From Camelus dromedarius (taxonomy: Eukaryota), in assembly GCF_036321535.1 (NCBI RefSeq), contig NC_087436.1, forward strand, positions 108,006,001 through 108,070,000: a stretch of 64,000 nucleotides of DNA, in the 5' to 3' direction. A program made the position numbers and the translations under genes. Below, piece after piece: positions 50,599-64,000 of this stretch (position 1 is the stretch's first letter; each line of letters begins with the position of its first letter). The notes under the pieces are model-generated. The model was not told where the DNA came from, ran no database searches, and worked only from the letters and a program-made list of their open reading frames with translations.

Positions 50599-52127
50599 TC
50601 TGATAGAGTATCGTTTTCAGTCATTAGAATGCAAGGTCCCTGAGAAGAGGGAACACTCTGTTTTGTTCATTGCTACATCACCAGCACTCACAATGCTTGC
50701 ACAGATTTTCAGTACAACAAACCTGAGGCTCTTTGAGTCTCTACCTATTTCCCAATGGCTACGGCAGGAGGAGGAGGGAGGGGGTCAGAAGGTACAGGGA
50801 AGATGCTGAGAGTGGATCAGGCAGCTCTGAGGTAGCAGTCACCTGTCCCACCTCATAAGAATGTCATCAGAGGTATAGACCCAGGTGGTTTGGGGGCATG
50901 ACCTTGACTCTAGTTTCAGAAAAGACATGATGCTTCAGTAAGAAGTTTCCCTAAAAGGCAGCTGTGTAACCTACAGGAAACAACACCTGGAGACAAGTCC
51001 AGGCTCCCCCACTAACCTGGCTGAGGACACAAGGAGGGAAATGTACAATGGAAGATTTAAATGGCATACGCTTCATTCCAGCTCAACTCAGGCATTCCAC
51101 CCTGACTTGCTGTTAGCCTGCCAGAAATAGCCAAGGCACATTCCTTAGGCCAGAGAGGATCCTCTTTCCTTTTATTCATTCAATTAATATTTACTGGCAA
51201 AATGTATGGGTCCAGCCCTTTGACTTGCAGAATACAGAGTTTTTTGCATGGTCAGTTTCTAGTTCCAAACTCTGGGCATCATGCATGAGATCAGGCAGCT
51301 TATGCTGTTTAAACGTGGCGGCTGCCACAAGGTCCGTGTTGTTTTATTTGGTGATACTAAATAGAAGTGATTGCCTCTAAAATAACTTGAGGATAACTAG
51401 CATCTTCTGCATCCAGAGACTTTGGCAAAACTGAATGATTTATAAAGCAGTCTCTTAAGTGGATTTGCTTCTGATTTCCATAATGTACTTTTTTTCTGTC
51501 CCCCAAGGATCTTAGCTAGTGTGAAAGATCTTTGTAGGTTATGTTAAGTATCAGGAGCTTCCCCACACTACCCTGCACTGTTTAATTGCAGATCTTGGAA
51601 ACCCTCATTCAAAGATGCCAGATATTTAACTAAATTTCTGGTTCAGTTTTGCTAAATTGCAAACATCTTTGAAAAACTGATAAACAGGAATGAGTCTCCA
51701 AATGCCTCTAGAAAGACAAAATGCTTAGGAAAAAAAAATTGAAATCTCTAATTGCAGCAGCGCATTTTATGGTCAATAAAGTATTCAATATGCTATGCAG
51801 CAGGGGGGTTTCAACTGAGAGTCAAATAAAAATAACTGTGCGTGTGATAGCTCAATGAAAAGTTTCTTTCTATTCTCAGCAAGAGATAAAAAATCTCAGC
51901 TGTTTCCAGCCTGGCATATTTGATGAATTGCTTGCACAAAGAGAATGTGTGGATTTAGTCTAGCTAAAACAAAACAAAACAAAACAAATCCCTGGTAATA
52001 GGCTACTAAGGAAAGTTATGTATTTGATTCTAATTGGTTTTGGATTATTTAAATGAAGTCTTCTCTTCAGTATGAGTCTCCACAATCTGACCCCTTTGGT
52101 TTTTCTTCCCAGGAAGGAATAGCACTT

Positions 52128-52230
52128 CTTCCCTCTCTCCCTCCCTTCTTTCCTTCTCTGTTACCCACCCATCCATCCACCCATCTACTCACCCACCCAT
52201 CCACCCATCCATTTATCCATCCCCTCCTTC
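52128..52230. repeat. Pyrimidine-rich and (CCAT/CCAC)n low-complexity repeat
   Basis: 'cccacccatccatccacccatctactcacccacccatccacccatccat'. Confidence 0.85.
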
Positions 52231-52769
52231 TGCTAATATCTCCTAAGCATATACTTGGACCACATTTCAAGGTTTGTGCTAGTCAATATCCCTTTCTTTT
52301 AAATTTTTGGTTGGTGGGGGAAAAAAAACCCAGAAAAGCATGAGTAGTCTTGTAGACTCTCCGATGAAGGAGCAGCTAACAGCCTCGGGGAGCTGGCAGC
52401 AGCCAGTAGCTTTTCAGATGGGTCCCGAGGGACGAAGAGGATTATGCCACACATAATTTTAGTAGTATTGCCACCTTTTCCTTGAACTTCTCTTACCTGG
52501 AGTTCATGAACATCTTTTCATATTGTGATTATGCACATAATTATTGATTGTTCCATCTGATGTTATGTTAATAGTCTTTCTCCCTAAGGCTTCTTATCCT
52601 CGTGGCTCTACTTGGTTTTTCTCTCCCCATGTGCAACCTAATTATGATTTCATATGAATTTAAGTGGATTTGTGTATTCTAGTTACCGTAAGAAATCTTG
52701 CACACATTACCTGGCAGATGCGAGATGTCCCTTTTTGAGATTAAAAAATAATCAGTTCATTTACTTTTC

Positions 52770-53250
52770 TTAAAGCTTTTTACAATGAAAATTTCAAACA
52801 TAAACAAAAGAAAGTGAATTGTATAATAAACCTCATGTACCCTTCACCTAGCTTCCACGATTATCAACACTTTGTGATTATGTTTCATCTATTAATTTAT
52901 TTGTGGGGTAAGCACTTTTTAAAATAATTCTTATCTTCTTTACATCCTTATATAAGCATCTCCGACTGAAAACATCTTTATACATAAACCTCATGTGTGT
53001 TTGTCACATCAGCGCCTAAACAATGTCCTTTTATTGTATTTGGCTGTTATGTTTTCCAAGTCTCCTTTTAACATAGAACACTAGTTCCCTTTTCCATTTT
53101 ATTCAGGCCTTTGATTTGCTTGAGAAACTTGATGTGTGTTCGGGAAGACATCTTGCACCCTGGATTTGGCTGAGGGCTTCCTCCTGGTGTCTCCACTCAC
53201 AGCCCCTCTGTTCAGCCTGGCCCCTGTGGAGGCTGGATTAGATCAGGTTC
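52770..53250 (-). mobile_element. Old L1M (MC/ME-like) 3' fragment
   Basis: 'aaaatttcaaacataaacaaaag...tataataaacctcatgtacc...cctagcttc...ggatttggctga'. Confidence 0.6.
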
Positions 53251-56200
53251 CGTTCAGTTTGCAAAGCCTGGGTAATCAACCAGCCAGAGGTAGAGACATA
53301 AGGAAAGTGAAATGCAGTGTGTGCCCCAGAACTGCCATCCAGAAAGTGTCCTCTGTCATTCGCTCTGGGGTAGAGGAGAGGACCCCTTACTCTGTACCAA
53401 GGGGCAGCCTTAGGGAGCAAGATGCCTGCAGTCTTTTCTTACTAGGAGGTGGGGTGACTCCAATTAGCTGAGTTTATTTGCTTAATGGGACTGCACATTT
53501 GAGACCGAGTCTGAATGATTTGTGGCCTTATAGAAGGAATGGAGTGCTAACATCAGCGATCTGCCTTCTCTGTTCTTCTGCTCACATTTCTAATATACAT
53601 CAGTGCTGGGCATTTGGAAAATGCAATTTGAAAGGGTAGTAGATTATTAGCCTTCTCAGGACCACCGGATGTTTCTGACTCAATCTTGCACGTCACAGGT
53701 GTGCAAGATTAGATGCAAAAACTGTGTATAAAACGTATAGTTTTAATACTTAATACTTGGCCCTTGTCAATGCCGAGTAAATGGAAGCATTTGTTTTGAA
53801 AACGTATTTATAATTAGCCACTATTCTCAGAGGCTGCCAATGCCTCACTTATTTGCAAGTCAGCCCATCACCAGCCTCAGTCACTGCACCCAGATTCCCG
53901 GCACGGCCCCAGACCTGGAGGTTAGGAGGAACAGGTGTGCTGGTGTCAGCTCCGAGCAGGATGGGGAAGATCTCTGGGCTCTGAAATCACTGTGACAATT
54001 CCCCTTCATGTTAGCATCATACCTCTTTTTTTCCACTTCTTTCTCTCCTCATTTCCTTGGTTGAATTGGGTCGTGTGGCCCTGGAATATGTGTTTCCATC
54101 AGAATTTGATGGAAATTCTGATGGAAACACACCCTGTGAGGTGATTTCTGTGCCTACTTCCATATTAGTATCCATGAATTGGGTGTACTTTGGTAAGCCT
54201 ATAGAATTTCTTTAAATGAAAATGATGGTCATAATCCTTTCATTTATAATATATTTTAGAGTTTATGACATGTATTTGTGTGCTCTGTATCATTTAATTC
54301 TTAAACAATTCTGTCATAAACAATAATTTTATACTCAAGAAAGAATGAAGCATGAAGGATTTAAACAACTTAATGACTATAATGAAAAAGGAAATAAACT
54401 GGTTTTAATTCCATTAGCTCATTAAAAACTGTTTTAGACACTTTGTGCTGATTTTATGCCTAGATAGATGGGGTATCAGGCTAGAAGACATAGTTTTGCT
54501 TCAGGAAACTTAGACTCTGACTATGAAATAGGAAGTGATGGGAGGTGTTCTCAAAGGGGGCAATAGGGAAGAGCAGGAAATCCAGCAAGGACGGGGGGTT
54601 CAGGAAGAATCTTGTACTCCAAGCAGGCATGCCCTACTGTTCTCTCTAGTCAAGGGTCTGGAGGGGTGAGCGGACCCAGGCCCTCACTGTGATGGCAACA
54701 TAGCATGCGGGAGGTCCCTGGTGGGCGATGTAAGTGTAAAAGGAAGCAGAAGTCAAATGATGAAGGCTATCATTAGGTGAATATTGCAATGACCTATCCA
54801 AGAGTGGGTGAAGGTCTGAACTACTGGGTGGGGATGGAGAGAAATTCTAGGGGTGGTCAAGTTCTTTTTCATTATAATTACCACCCACTTGCATGTCTCA
54901 GGGTGGTGTCTAGTGGGGAGAGGTCAGTAAAGGTCAGAGCAGTGAGGAATTAGCCCTTGCCGTATTGGTCCTCCATTTGAACCTCAAGGACAGCAGGAGA
55001 GCAATGACAGCCATCAAAGTCAAAGTAAACTTTCACTGAAGGCCAACAAAGATTCCCAGAGCTCATGACCTGATCTTGACAAAATGGTCCTTGAAGAGAA
55101 GGGCTTTGGAGAAATTGTTTGCTGTCTGATTGTCTTGATAGTAATGTCATTGATTCCTCATCATCCATTAGGTTCACCATTGACTTCCCATTGGGAATGA
55201 ACAAAGAGGAACGAGACTTGCTTTCTGCTCTGATGGGAAAGAAAACAGGAACACCAGGAGCCTAGATCATATCCTCCATTTAGTTTTGAAAACATGTTTG
55301 GATCACATCAATTCTGAGAGACTGTGTTTGAAGTCATTTGCCTGGTTGATATGTTTATTGCATAAAGTGATTCACAATCAAGAGTTGTAAATTTACTTTT
55401 CTGAATAGCACACCTCAGCTGTTAAAGGATTGAGTCATTTAATCTCTTGCATTTTTTAAAAGTAGTATTGAACTGTGGTTATTGCTGAACTAACTGTAAT
55501 CAGCTTTCTTGCCTTTGATACCATCCATCTGATGCTCTTCTCAAATACACAGGATGCTGTAAAGACCCCGGATCTGGATGTGAACAGCAGGATTCTTTGT
55601 TGCTAACTTTTTTTTTTCCATCACCAATGCTAATACTGTCTCACCACAGTCAGGGTCATCTATTAATTTTCTTATTCCAGTTCAGATGACTAAGAGTACA
55701 ACAAATGATTGTTAATGACAGCACAACAACTCTCAAAATAACTAGCCCTGGTTACTCCCCTTCTGAAATACCCCTAGTAATTCATCTGTCTATGTGATAA
55801 ATGATTTATATCAGGGCCCAAAGTCAGTCTTCAGGCGATAAGCCCACCCTTCAGGCAAAAAAAAAAAAAAAAAAGAGAGAGATTCTGTAATAGAGAAGGA
55901 ACTGAAAGGCAAACTAAACATGTACTTGTGTAAATTTGTTTCATATTTTCAATTTTCATACTTCATAAATACACATCTAGTGCAAAGTTGACATTTGCTG
56001 TGAACCATTGACAGCAGCAATGAAAATCAATATTTCTGTCCACTTTGTAGTTCAAGTGCTTATTACATAATCATCTCATTTCATCTTGTCTGTGATGCTG
56101 TGTGATCGACAGTCTGTCTGCTGGAGTTGGTTAACTCCAGTTTGGAGAGGCGAACTTGATTGCCTGGTAGATAGCTTCCTGGAAGCAGTGCCCTTCACTC

Positions 56201-56296
56201 CAGCTCTTTCTGTGCTCTTTCCATGACACAGCTCTGTCCTCAATATTTAACGAGAGAGTTTTGGTGAAATGTGGCATTTTTCTCTCTGTAAACCAC

Positions 56297-56728
56297 TGTA
56301 TTCATTTCCTGGATCTTCCATAGCAAATTACTACAAAGTAGGTAACTTAACACAGCAGACATGTATTTTCCTTCAGTTTTGCAGGCTAGAAGTCCCAAAA
56401 TCAAGGTTCAGGCAAGGCAAGGATTTCTCTGAAGGCTGCAGGGGAGAATCCTTTCTTGCCTCTTCCAGCTTCTAGTGGCTCCTAGTGGTCCTTGGTTTGT
56501 GGCAGCATAACTCCAATCTCTCTGTCTTCACGTGTTGGTTTTTTTTTTCTTCCTGTGTGTCCACGTGTCCTTTTCTGTTTCTTAAAAAGATGCTCTTGTC
56601 TACTCCAGTATGATCTCACCTTGGTCCTTACCTTGATTACATCTGCAAAGACTATTTCCAAATATAGTTACGTTCTCAGGTTCCAGGGATACATATGTTT
56701 TGGGGAGGACACTATCCAACTTGTTACA
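56297..56728 (-). mobile_element. MLT1C/D-like LTR
   Basis: 'tgtattcatttcct...caaattactacaaa...ggggagaatcctttcttgcctcttccagcttctagtggc...attacatctgcaaagactatttccaaat'. Confidence 0.85.
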
Positions 56729-58147
56729 GTTATGTTTCTTATTTCTACTCTAATAGGAAAATTAGAGTGTTGATTAACACTGATACCAAATTAATGAAAA
56801 TAGTTTGAGTCCTGATATTTTTGATGGTCAATTGATTGCCCAGAGTTTAAAATCTGTGGCTCTTCATGAACTTCAGATTGTGTGTGCTTCGAATCTCTAT
56901 ATTGTACCAAAGAGTAAAGTAAACTTTTCCACTAGTTCTGATGGTGCAGTACTCCATACCCTTCCCTTACGCTGGCACTTGCCATAACTTGCTGTGTATG
57001 TCCCTGGTAGTCACAGAGAAAGCCAGCAGATGCTGAGCCCCCTGTTATTGAGATGCCTTCAGAGCTTACAGAACAAGGCTCTGACCCTCAGGCCAATGCA
57101 ATGGGCATTGTCAGATTGACAGACTGAATAGGGAGTGATCATCAGAGCTCCCTGGAAGGTGAGCTTGATCAACTAATGATTCTTAAGTCCTTGTGATAGG
57201 AATCCTTGATTTTTTTCATAGAGTGATCTTTTTTCACTTTATTATGTCTATAGTGATGGGGGCAAAATTAAGGAGGGGTTGGCAATGGGTCATAAGCAAA
57301 AGTATCACTCGTATCAACGTAACAATTGGTTAAAACACATAGTGTTTACGTAAGCAACTGACAAGTTAATCTAAACTTGATAGGATTGAAACTGAACTTC
57401 TGCAAATTCAATCCAATTTTACTTAAATTGAAGGGATTATTTTAAATTATAGAAATGAATACATGTTGCATTTTGAAAATTAAAAATATGTAATACCAGA
57501 AAGGAAAAACAAATGAAACTTTACTTCTATTACCTAAAGTATTTTAGGTTTATTTCCTGCCTCCTTTTATTCCATGCACCTACTGAACATATTCCTTGCA
57601 TCCTGCTTTATTTTTTGAAAATAAAATTTTAGCGATTTTATGGTTTTCATGGTCTTCATAAATATCATTTTTGTAGCTGTATACCATCTCATCAAGGATA
57701 GATTTTACAGAAGAGTCTCCCCATTGTGAGCGTATAAATTGTTTCAGATAATTTTGGTATTGTGAAGAATGCTCAGATGGATCGTATTTCAGTGCAGATC
57801 TCTCCCAGAGGTAACTATGCTGCTCTCCAGGTATATTTTTATTATCATTTTCTTGGTTACATTGATCCATATTGAGAGCTTAATATTTTTTATATTCCTC
57901 ATCTATATTGAAAATTCGCTTTCTGAAACCATTTGCCAGTTTACGGTTCCTGTCATAGCATTCAGAGTCCTCACTGAACTGAATCCCTGCCAGCTTTAAA
58001 AACACTAACAGCATTTAAATTTTTTTTTTAAATCATTACTTGTTTGGCAAAAAATAGAATCATATTTTACCTTTAATTAACATTCCTTTACTTATTAGCA
58101 AGGGTAACTTTTTAATGTTTTTAGATGATTTTTTAACTGCTTCTATC

Positions 58148-58553
58148 TGTTATGAGCTGAGTTGTATCCCGCCCCCACACCCCCTCCTCAAATTCCTGTA
58201 TTGAAGTCCTAACCCCCAGAACCTCAGAATGGAACTGTATTTGGAGGTAGGACCTTTAAAGAGATAATAAGGGAAAATGAGGTCATATGGATGGGCCTTA
58301 ATTCAGTATGACTGGAGCCCTTATGCAAAGAGATTCAGACACAGACAACAGAAAGACCAAGAGAGAATCATGTGAGGACTTGGGAAGAAGGCGGCCTTCT
58401 GTAAGCAAAGGAGAGGGGTCGCAGGAGAAACCAAACCTGCTAGCACTTTGGTCTCAGGCTTCTGGCTTCCGGGACTGGGAGACAGTACATTTCTGCTCCT
58501 TAAGCCATCCAGTCTTCAGTGTTTTGTTATGGCACCTCTAGCAAGATAATACA
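58148..58553 (+). mobile_element. MLT1B-like LTR, near complete, inside an old antisense L1ME-like region (about 57440-58820)
   Basis: 'tgttatgagctgagttgt...gaagtcctaacccccagaacctcagaat...gttatggca...aataca'; TG...CA ends. Confidence 0.88.
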
Positions 58554-60469
58554 ATAAATTGGCAAAATATTGCCAATTTATTTATTAGGGTATTAGAACT
58601 TTTCTTAGTAATTTGTACAAGCTCTTTTTATGGTGAACATACTTGATGTTTCCTTTTTTGCATTTTTACACAGTGATTATTTACCTTTGTCACATTTTCT
58701 TTCTTTCTTTTTTTTTTTTTTTTTGCAACACAAGTATATTTACTGTTTTCCCACAATTATTCATCTTTTTCTTTGTGCTTTTCTTCCTTGTACTTCAAAG
58801 CTTAGAAAGTCCTTCTCCCTTAGGAGATTTGATGCTCTGTCAGTTCTATTTTTTGTGAGTCTTTCTGTTGACCTGTATAATAAAACTGTTCTCCATGTTT
58901 GAGAATGCAGACTCACAAAAGTAGGTGAATTTCAAATCTACAGAGCAAAGCTTTCTTTACGATTTTTATGCCCTGCCCAGTAGCCAGTCATTTTTATTTA
59001 AAATGACCCATTTAAGATAGCAGTTATTTTCAGTGGCTTTTACTTCATTTTGAAAACCTGCATTATCCAATGGAACAATAACCTCATTTTTTTTTAAATC
59101 TTCAATTTTGTGAAGATCAACAGTTATAAAGACAAAGAACCTCAGAGTGGAGAATGGCTACAGCTCCCTGAAATCTGCCCACTGTCCTTGAAATTCTACT
59201 GATATCTTATTTCAAGGGAAGAACTTGTCTCGTAAGATGAAAGAAACAATCCCTTCTATTTTTCCTTGTTTTTACTTGTGATTCTTGTGCTATGACAAAA
59301 TTTAAAGTCTTCTTTTATGAATCATATTATTCAAAATTTCTGCTTTTTCTTTTCTTTTTTTTCCTCAGAAGATCCTTCTAGAACTTATTTAAAAATCTGT
59401 CTCTTTTCTGTAGCTCTATGTTTATTTCATTTAGTTTTGCTCTCGGGCCCATTAAAAAAGCCATCTCTTAAAGGCACTGTTTGTCTTCTCTTTGTTGGTG
59501 ACGTTCCTTTCAAAATGTAAAACTGTTTTGACTTGTGAGATAGAATTTTCTGACCATTCTGGAATTTCTCCTAAGTTGAACTACCTTATGTTGATGCTAA
59601 ATAGTAAAAAAAAATATAGTCTGCAAAATTACTTTAAATAAGGATTTGAATGGCCCTCTCTGAAGAGGGAAAAAATATATATTTCCTTTACTTGAAAAGA
59701 AATTCAGATATATTTGATATATAACATTGTGTAATTTAATGATCATAGTCATTATTAGATTTATCATCAACTTTAATGTGCATAGTTCTGCAAAATGTTT
59801 ACTATTAAAGTCAGACCCTAACCTCACATGATTGGAGGTTTAGTGGTGTCTTATTAACAGCCTCTCTCTTGGGTTTGAAAACAACTTGAGAGGAGGAATT
59901 AAGCCTGGATGTATATTTGTGTGTCCCTCAGTGCTTTGAGGAATGATTTGTACACCATTATCTTGGCAAACCTACCAGTGTGTTTGTGTTTGGCCCTAAG
60001 TCTCACGTACCTTAGTTTCATCTTCTCAGCTGGACTTGGGGATTCTGATTCATATTCAGAAAACTCTCAGGAGACTAAGGAAGACAGGGTGGAATACCAA
60101 TTTCTTACTTTACAGTGAGAAATATAGTTGTCAGATATCACAGTTTTCCATCAACCTGTCTCCTTTCTGCACGGTAGAACATACACATAGGGAGCCAACT
60201 CATACTCAAGAAATTTGCCCGGCAAACATGGAATCAGTCTGAGTGGAATTAACTGTTTGTTTTTCATGCTCAAGGGCCTGACCTAACTGTTTGGAACAAC
60301 CATCTGCAACACAGGACGGTCCCAGTCAGGGGGTGCCCCCTCCTGTGTAGTGGTTGGTTGGACAACAAAGACACATTGAAACTATCATTTTTGTACGACT
60401 CTGCAAAATCATCTGCCTTTTCCTTAATATTTTTATTAGATACAATAATGGCATTTCAATATTCCACTT

Positions 60470-60602
60470 GAGCTCACAGCAAAAAGAAATGTGACAATGA
60501 ATATATGTGTATTCATGTATAACCGAAAAATTGTGCTCTACACTGGAATTTGACACAACATTGTAAAATGACTATAACTCAATAAAAAATGTAAAAAAAA
60601 AA
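60470..60602 (+). mobile_element. Young camelid-type L1 3' terminal fragment with A-tail
   Basis: 'aaattgtgctctacactggaatttgacacaacattgtaaaatgactataactcaataaaaaatgtaaaaaaaaaa'. Confidence 0.85.
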
Positions 60603-63600
60603 GTTTCTTATTTATGGAGAAAAAACATTAGTTTTCTCTAAGGTGCCTTTAAATTGGGGTTGATTTTACATTTTAACAACCAGAGTTTTCAAAGTGCTTT
60701 TCTTCTAACCAACAGATTGGTACCTATCCTTGTCCATTGCTTTTGTAAAATGGTCCATTTAAAACTAAGATAATAGGGTGACAGTCTGGATTGAGTTAGA
60801 GTTTCTAGAATTTTATAGCAAGCAGTGATGAGGCTTAAGAGGTAAAGAAGGCTGGATTCTGTTCTAGCTCACTGCTTTCAAATCTCACTTAGAATCATCC
60901 ACTCCATCCCAGTGAGGAAGGATTTCTCAAGATGAGGGAGAAGCAGGGCATGCCGTGGATTTCTGGAATATTCAATGTGTCCCTGGGTAGTAATTTCCTG
61001 GTATGACAATCCATTCTGTTAATTGCTTCCATCATTCTACTGTAGCTGCAGACCTACTTCTGTCTCCAGCCCATCTACCTTTTCATGTATTAATTTATTT
61101 CATGGAAACAAAGAGTATTGCCCACCTTGGTTGGAGGCCTACTTGATATAGCTGCCTTCCCAGTGAATGAAAGCATCTCCTACATAAAAGTGGTGAAAAT
61201 AAAATTGAGATTCAGAATGTTACAAAACTGTATTACAGAATGATCTTACTTGTGTGAACAAGAATGGATGTACTGGTCACCTTTTAAACTGTCACACTGA
61301 TGCCCGCATGGGCTAATTTATTTTCTATGCTGCCTTTCTTTGTTGTTGCCACTCAAATCTCTCTCTCTCTTTGGTAATAGCCAACATAATTTTTCAGTCA
61401 CTGTTCCTTATGTACCTCGTCTGATTAAAATGTTTATTTTAGAGCAATGTAAAACTCTGAGCATATTTTCTTTCCTTTTTTTTTTTTTTTTTGGCTATTT
61501 GCAAACCTGCAACAGTGAAGCTCGGATTTAATAGTAAATTACTGTTTAAATGTGTGTAAGGAAAACAGATATGTAACACTTGTTGAGTATCTGCTATATG
61601 TCAGATTCTCCACTCTATTCATTCCTTATTTTATTTAATCCACAAGATATATGATGAGTTTAACAGTGAACTTAAGTAATTTCCTGAAGGTGCATACGTG
61701 ATATCATAATGATTTGAATGAAAGTCTATCTGGTTTCAAACCCTGTGATTTTTATCTTTAAACAAATGTACATCCAGTACAATGAAAGCTTCATGAAGGT
61801 AGGGTCCCTCTGTAATTATTCACCATTGGACCTCACATACGTACCAGTTCCCAGTGTATGTGATATGATTAATAATTTTTTGTGGAACGAAAGAAGGAAG
61901 AAATGGATAGAAAGTAGAGTGAAGGAAGATGGGAGAGAAGGAAGGAGTAAGGAAGGAAGAATGGTAGGTCTGTGAAAATACTTCTTTGCTTCAAGTAGCT
62001 CAAGCATCACTTCTATAGAATATAATGATTTTGTATAATTGCTTAGTGTATATATGTAAATATTTAATCATTTAAAAAGTATTACCATGTATGTGAAAAC
62101 TTGTGTATATGAATGTGTATATATGTATGTGTGTATATGATGTATATATTATATATAACATGAGTGATATTATATACATATATAGCCTTGAGTATTTGAA
62201 AATTTGCTTAACTGTGGTTACTCAAGTGTATGCAATGTCATCTATAATTTTAGACACTCTTGGACTAAACCCATATGCAGAGATTAAAACTGTTTAATGA
62301 CTGAATGACTATGAAAGCAAATTAAATCAGAAATCCCTGCTTCCTTGTAGATACCATTTTTGCTTTTGCTGTGAATCAACCATTGGATACTTTTGTTTGA
62401 GATTTTTGTCTGTTCTTTTTTTTTTTTTTTTTTCTCCTTTGTCATAATGCTAGTTAGATTTTAATGAGAGAAACAAAATTGGCTTTGACATAAAGGATCT
62501 ACTTCAAAGGAGCCAGTCAAGACAAAAAGAAAAACATTTTTGGACACAACCGTATTTTAACAAGTATAGTTTTTTTCACAGGTCATAATGATGTGAGTAG
62601 CAGTGGGAGGTTTCCATGCAGATGTAATTCATTTATTTCATGGAAACGTTAGTTCTTTTATAATATAGAGATTCATTTGAAACAATTATAAGCTGTCATA
62701 TATGTCTTTGGCAAGCAAATTTTTCCATATAAATTTTCCCTATACTTTCTTACAACTATTCTGTAAATAATTTTGTCTAAATTATTTTGAGAAAAATAGA
62801 GATGAAACAATCTGAAAGCTGTAAGTGTGAAAAATTGTCCTTTTTGAAACATTGATTCCATTTTCAAACCTTGAAGATAGCTTTTAAAGTTTATATTTTA
62901 TATTAAAGGCAATTACAGAAAATTTTTATTGTAATATATATTTGACATAAATTTTAGGGCACTTTAAAATTTTGTGGAATCAAGAGGGGGTGAAAAAAAA
63001 ATACATTGCAAACCCAAGCGTAAAGTAGTTTATTAAGAATGCCATTTTGATCCAGGCTAACATGGGTTCAAGTCCTTGCTCTGTCACTTCCTAACTAGGA
63101 TTGTTTCCTTTGACAAGTTTGACTTAACTTCTTTCATTTCTTAATTCCATTCAGTCTCTAAAATACTATGAGAATGCACACTTTACATATACTGGATGTT
63201 AATCAGATTGTGATTATAAAAAGATCATTGTCAAAGAGCAATGATCACAAATTGGTGATAAAATTGACCCTCTTATAGTAAACACAACATATATCTTAAA
63301 ATGAATTGATACAATTCTTTATACCAAACCTGAATTTTAGTTTGTTTTCCTATAACAAAGATTCATGGTCTTAGGGTTTATACATTAATAGTTCTTGGGA
63401 GACTATTTAAACAGACTTCTGAATATCACAGGAAAGCTCTTTTCTCAGTTTAGAAAACAGACTTAGACATTCGCTTTTCTATGATGAGCAAATTAAACTT
63501 AAGGTGTGTAACTTTGTGTATGTATTCTTACCCTGCCTTTCCTTTCTGAGCAAGGTGAGTCGTCTTGTGCTCTGTGTGTCTAAAGTACCTGGGTCAACAG

Positions 63601-64000
63601 TCTTCTACTGCCTCATCATTTCTTATTGAAATGCGTAGCCTAAGATTTCACTATGAGTTTAATCCAAGCTGAATCAAAGTTATTTGTACTTTTTAATTGT
63701 CTTATTCAATAACACCAAGGTAACATGATATTTCTATTCTCCAAGCCCCTTGACTCTTCCTTTTTTATTTAGTGATAGATCATCATATATGTCCACATTT
63801 CTAGAGCTGTTGACTACAAATTACTGTCCCAATTCAGCAACCTAGGTGATACATTCTTCTGGAAATTGAGGAGAAAGACAGGACGATGGGGAATCACCAG
63901 AGTACAGGGCTGATTTTGATATGTGGAAAACCATCATGACAGATAAATTGGATTTGACTAACCATGAAGAATGAGTGGGCGAGGGTTCCAGTTTCTGCAC

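Noticed and set aside
54950..55204. 84-aa minus-strand ORF with coding-like appearance
   Set aside because: No recognisable homology in the frames examined; no clear splice sites or retrocopy hallmarks.
60030..60090. Possible exon encoding AGLGDSDSYSENSQETKEDR
   Set aside because: Acceptor is plausible but the donor (gtggaa) is weak and the peptide is unrecognised.
63530..63560. Polypyrimidine tract followed by AG|GTGAGT (recursive splice site-like); similar at 17616 and 44308
   Set aside because: Acceptor is a non-YAG with an upstream AG, or the reconstituted donors are weak; expected by chance in 64 kb.

Overview
AT-rich mammalian genomic DNA, most likely from a camelid (inferred from two Vic-1-like tRNA-derived SINEs and artiodactyl/camelid-type L1 3' ends). 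The window looks intronic or intergenic; I could not identify any exon of a known host gene. The only recognisable protein homologies are a full-length processed RPS23 retrocopy (16730-17257, with TSD, poly(A) and a still-open but frameshifted ORF) and an L1 ORF2 reverse-transcriptase fragment (about 9344-9888). The rest is interspersed repeats (L1, L2, MIR, MLT1, hAT-Charlie MERs, ERV1-like solo LTRs), microsatellites and unique non-coding DNA. Most notable: a young solo LTR with five phased CCAAT boxes, an octamer and a TATA box, nested in an L1 3' UTR; a small TSD-flanked polyadenylated insertion of unknown origin; two strong CTCF motifs in divergent orientation around a candidate exon; and locally GC/CpG-enriched old repeats. 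I found no convincing evidence of a novel multi-component system. Repeat subfamily names come from recalled consensus sequences, and boundaries of old repeats are approximate.
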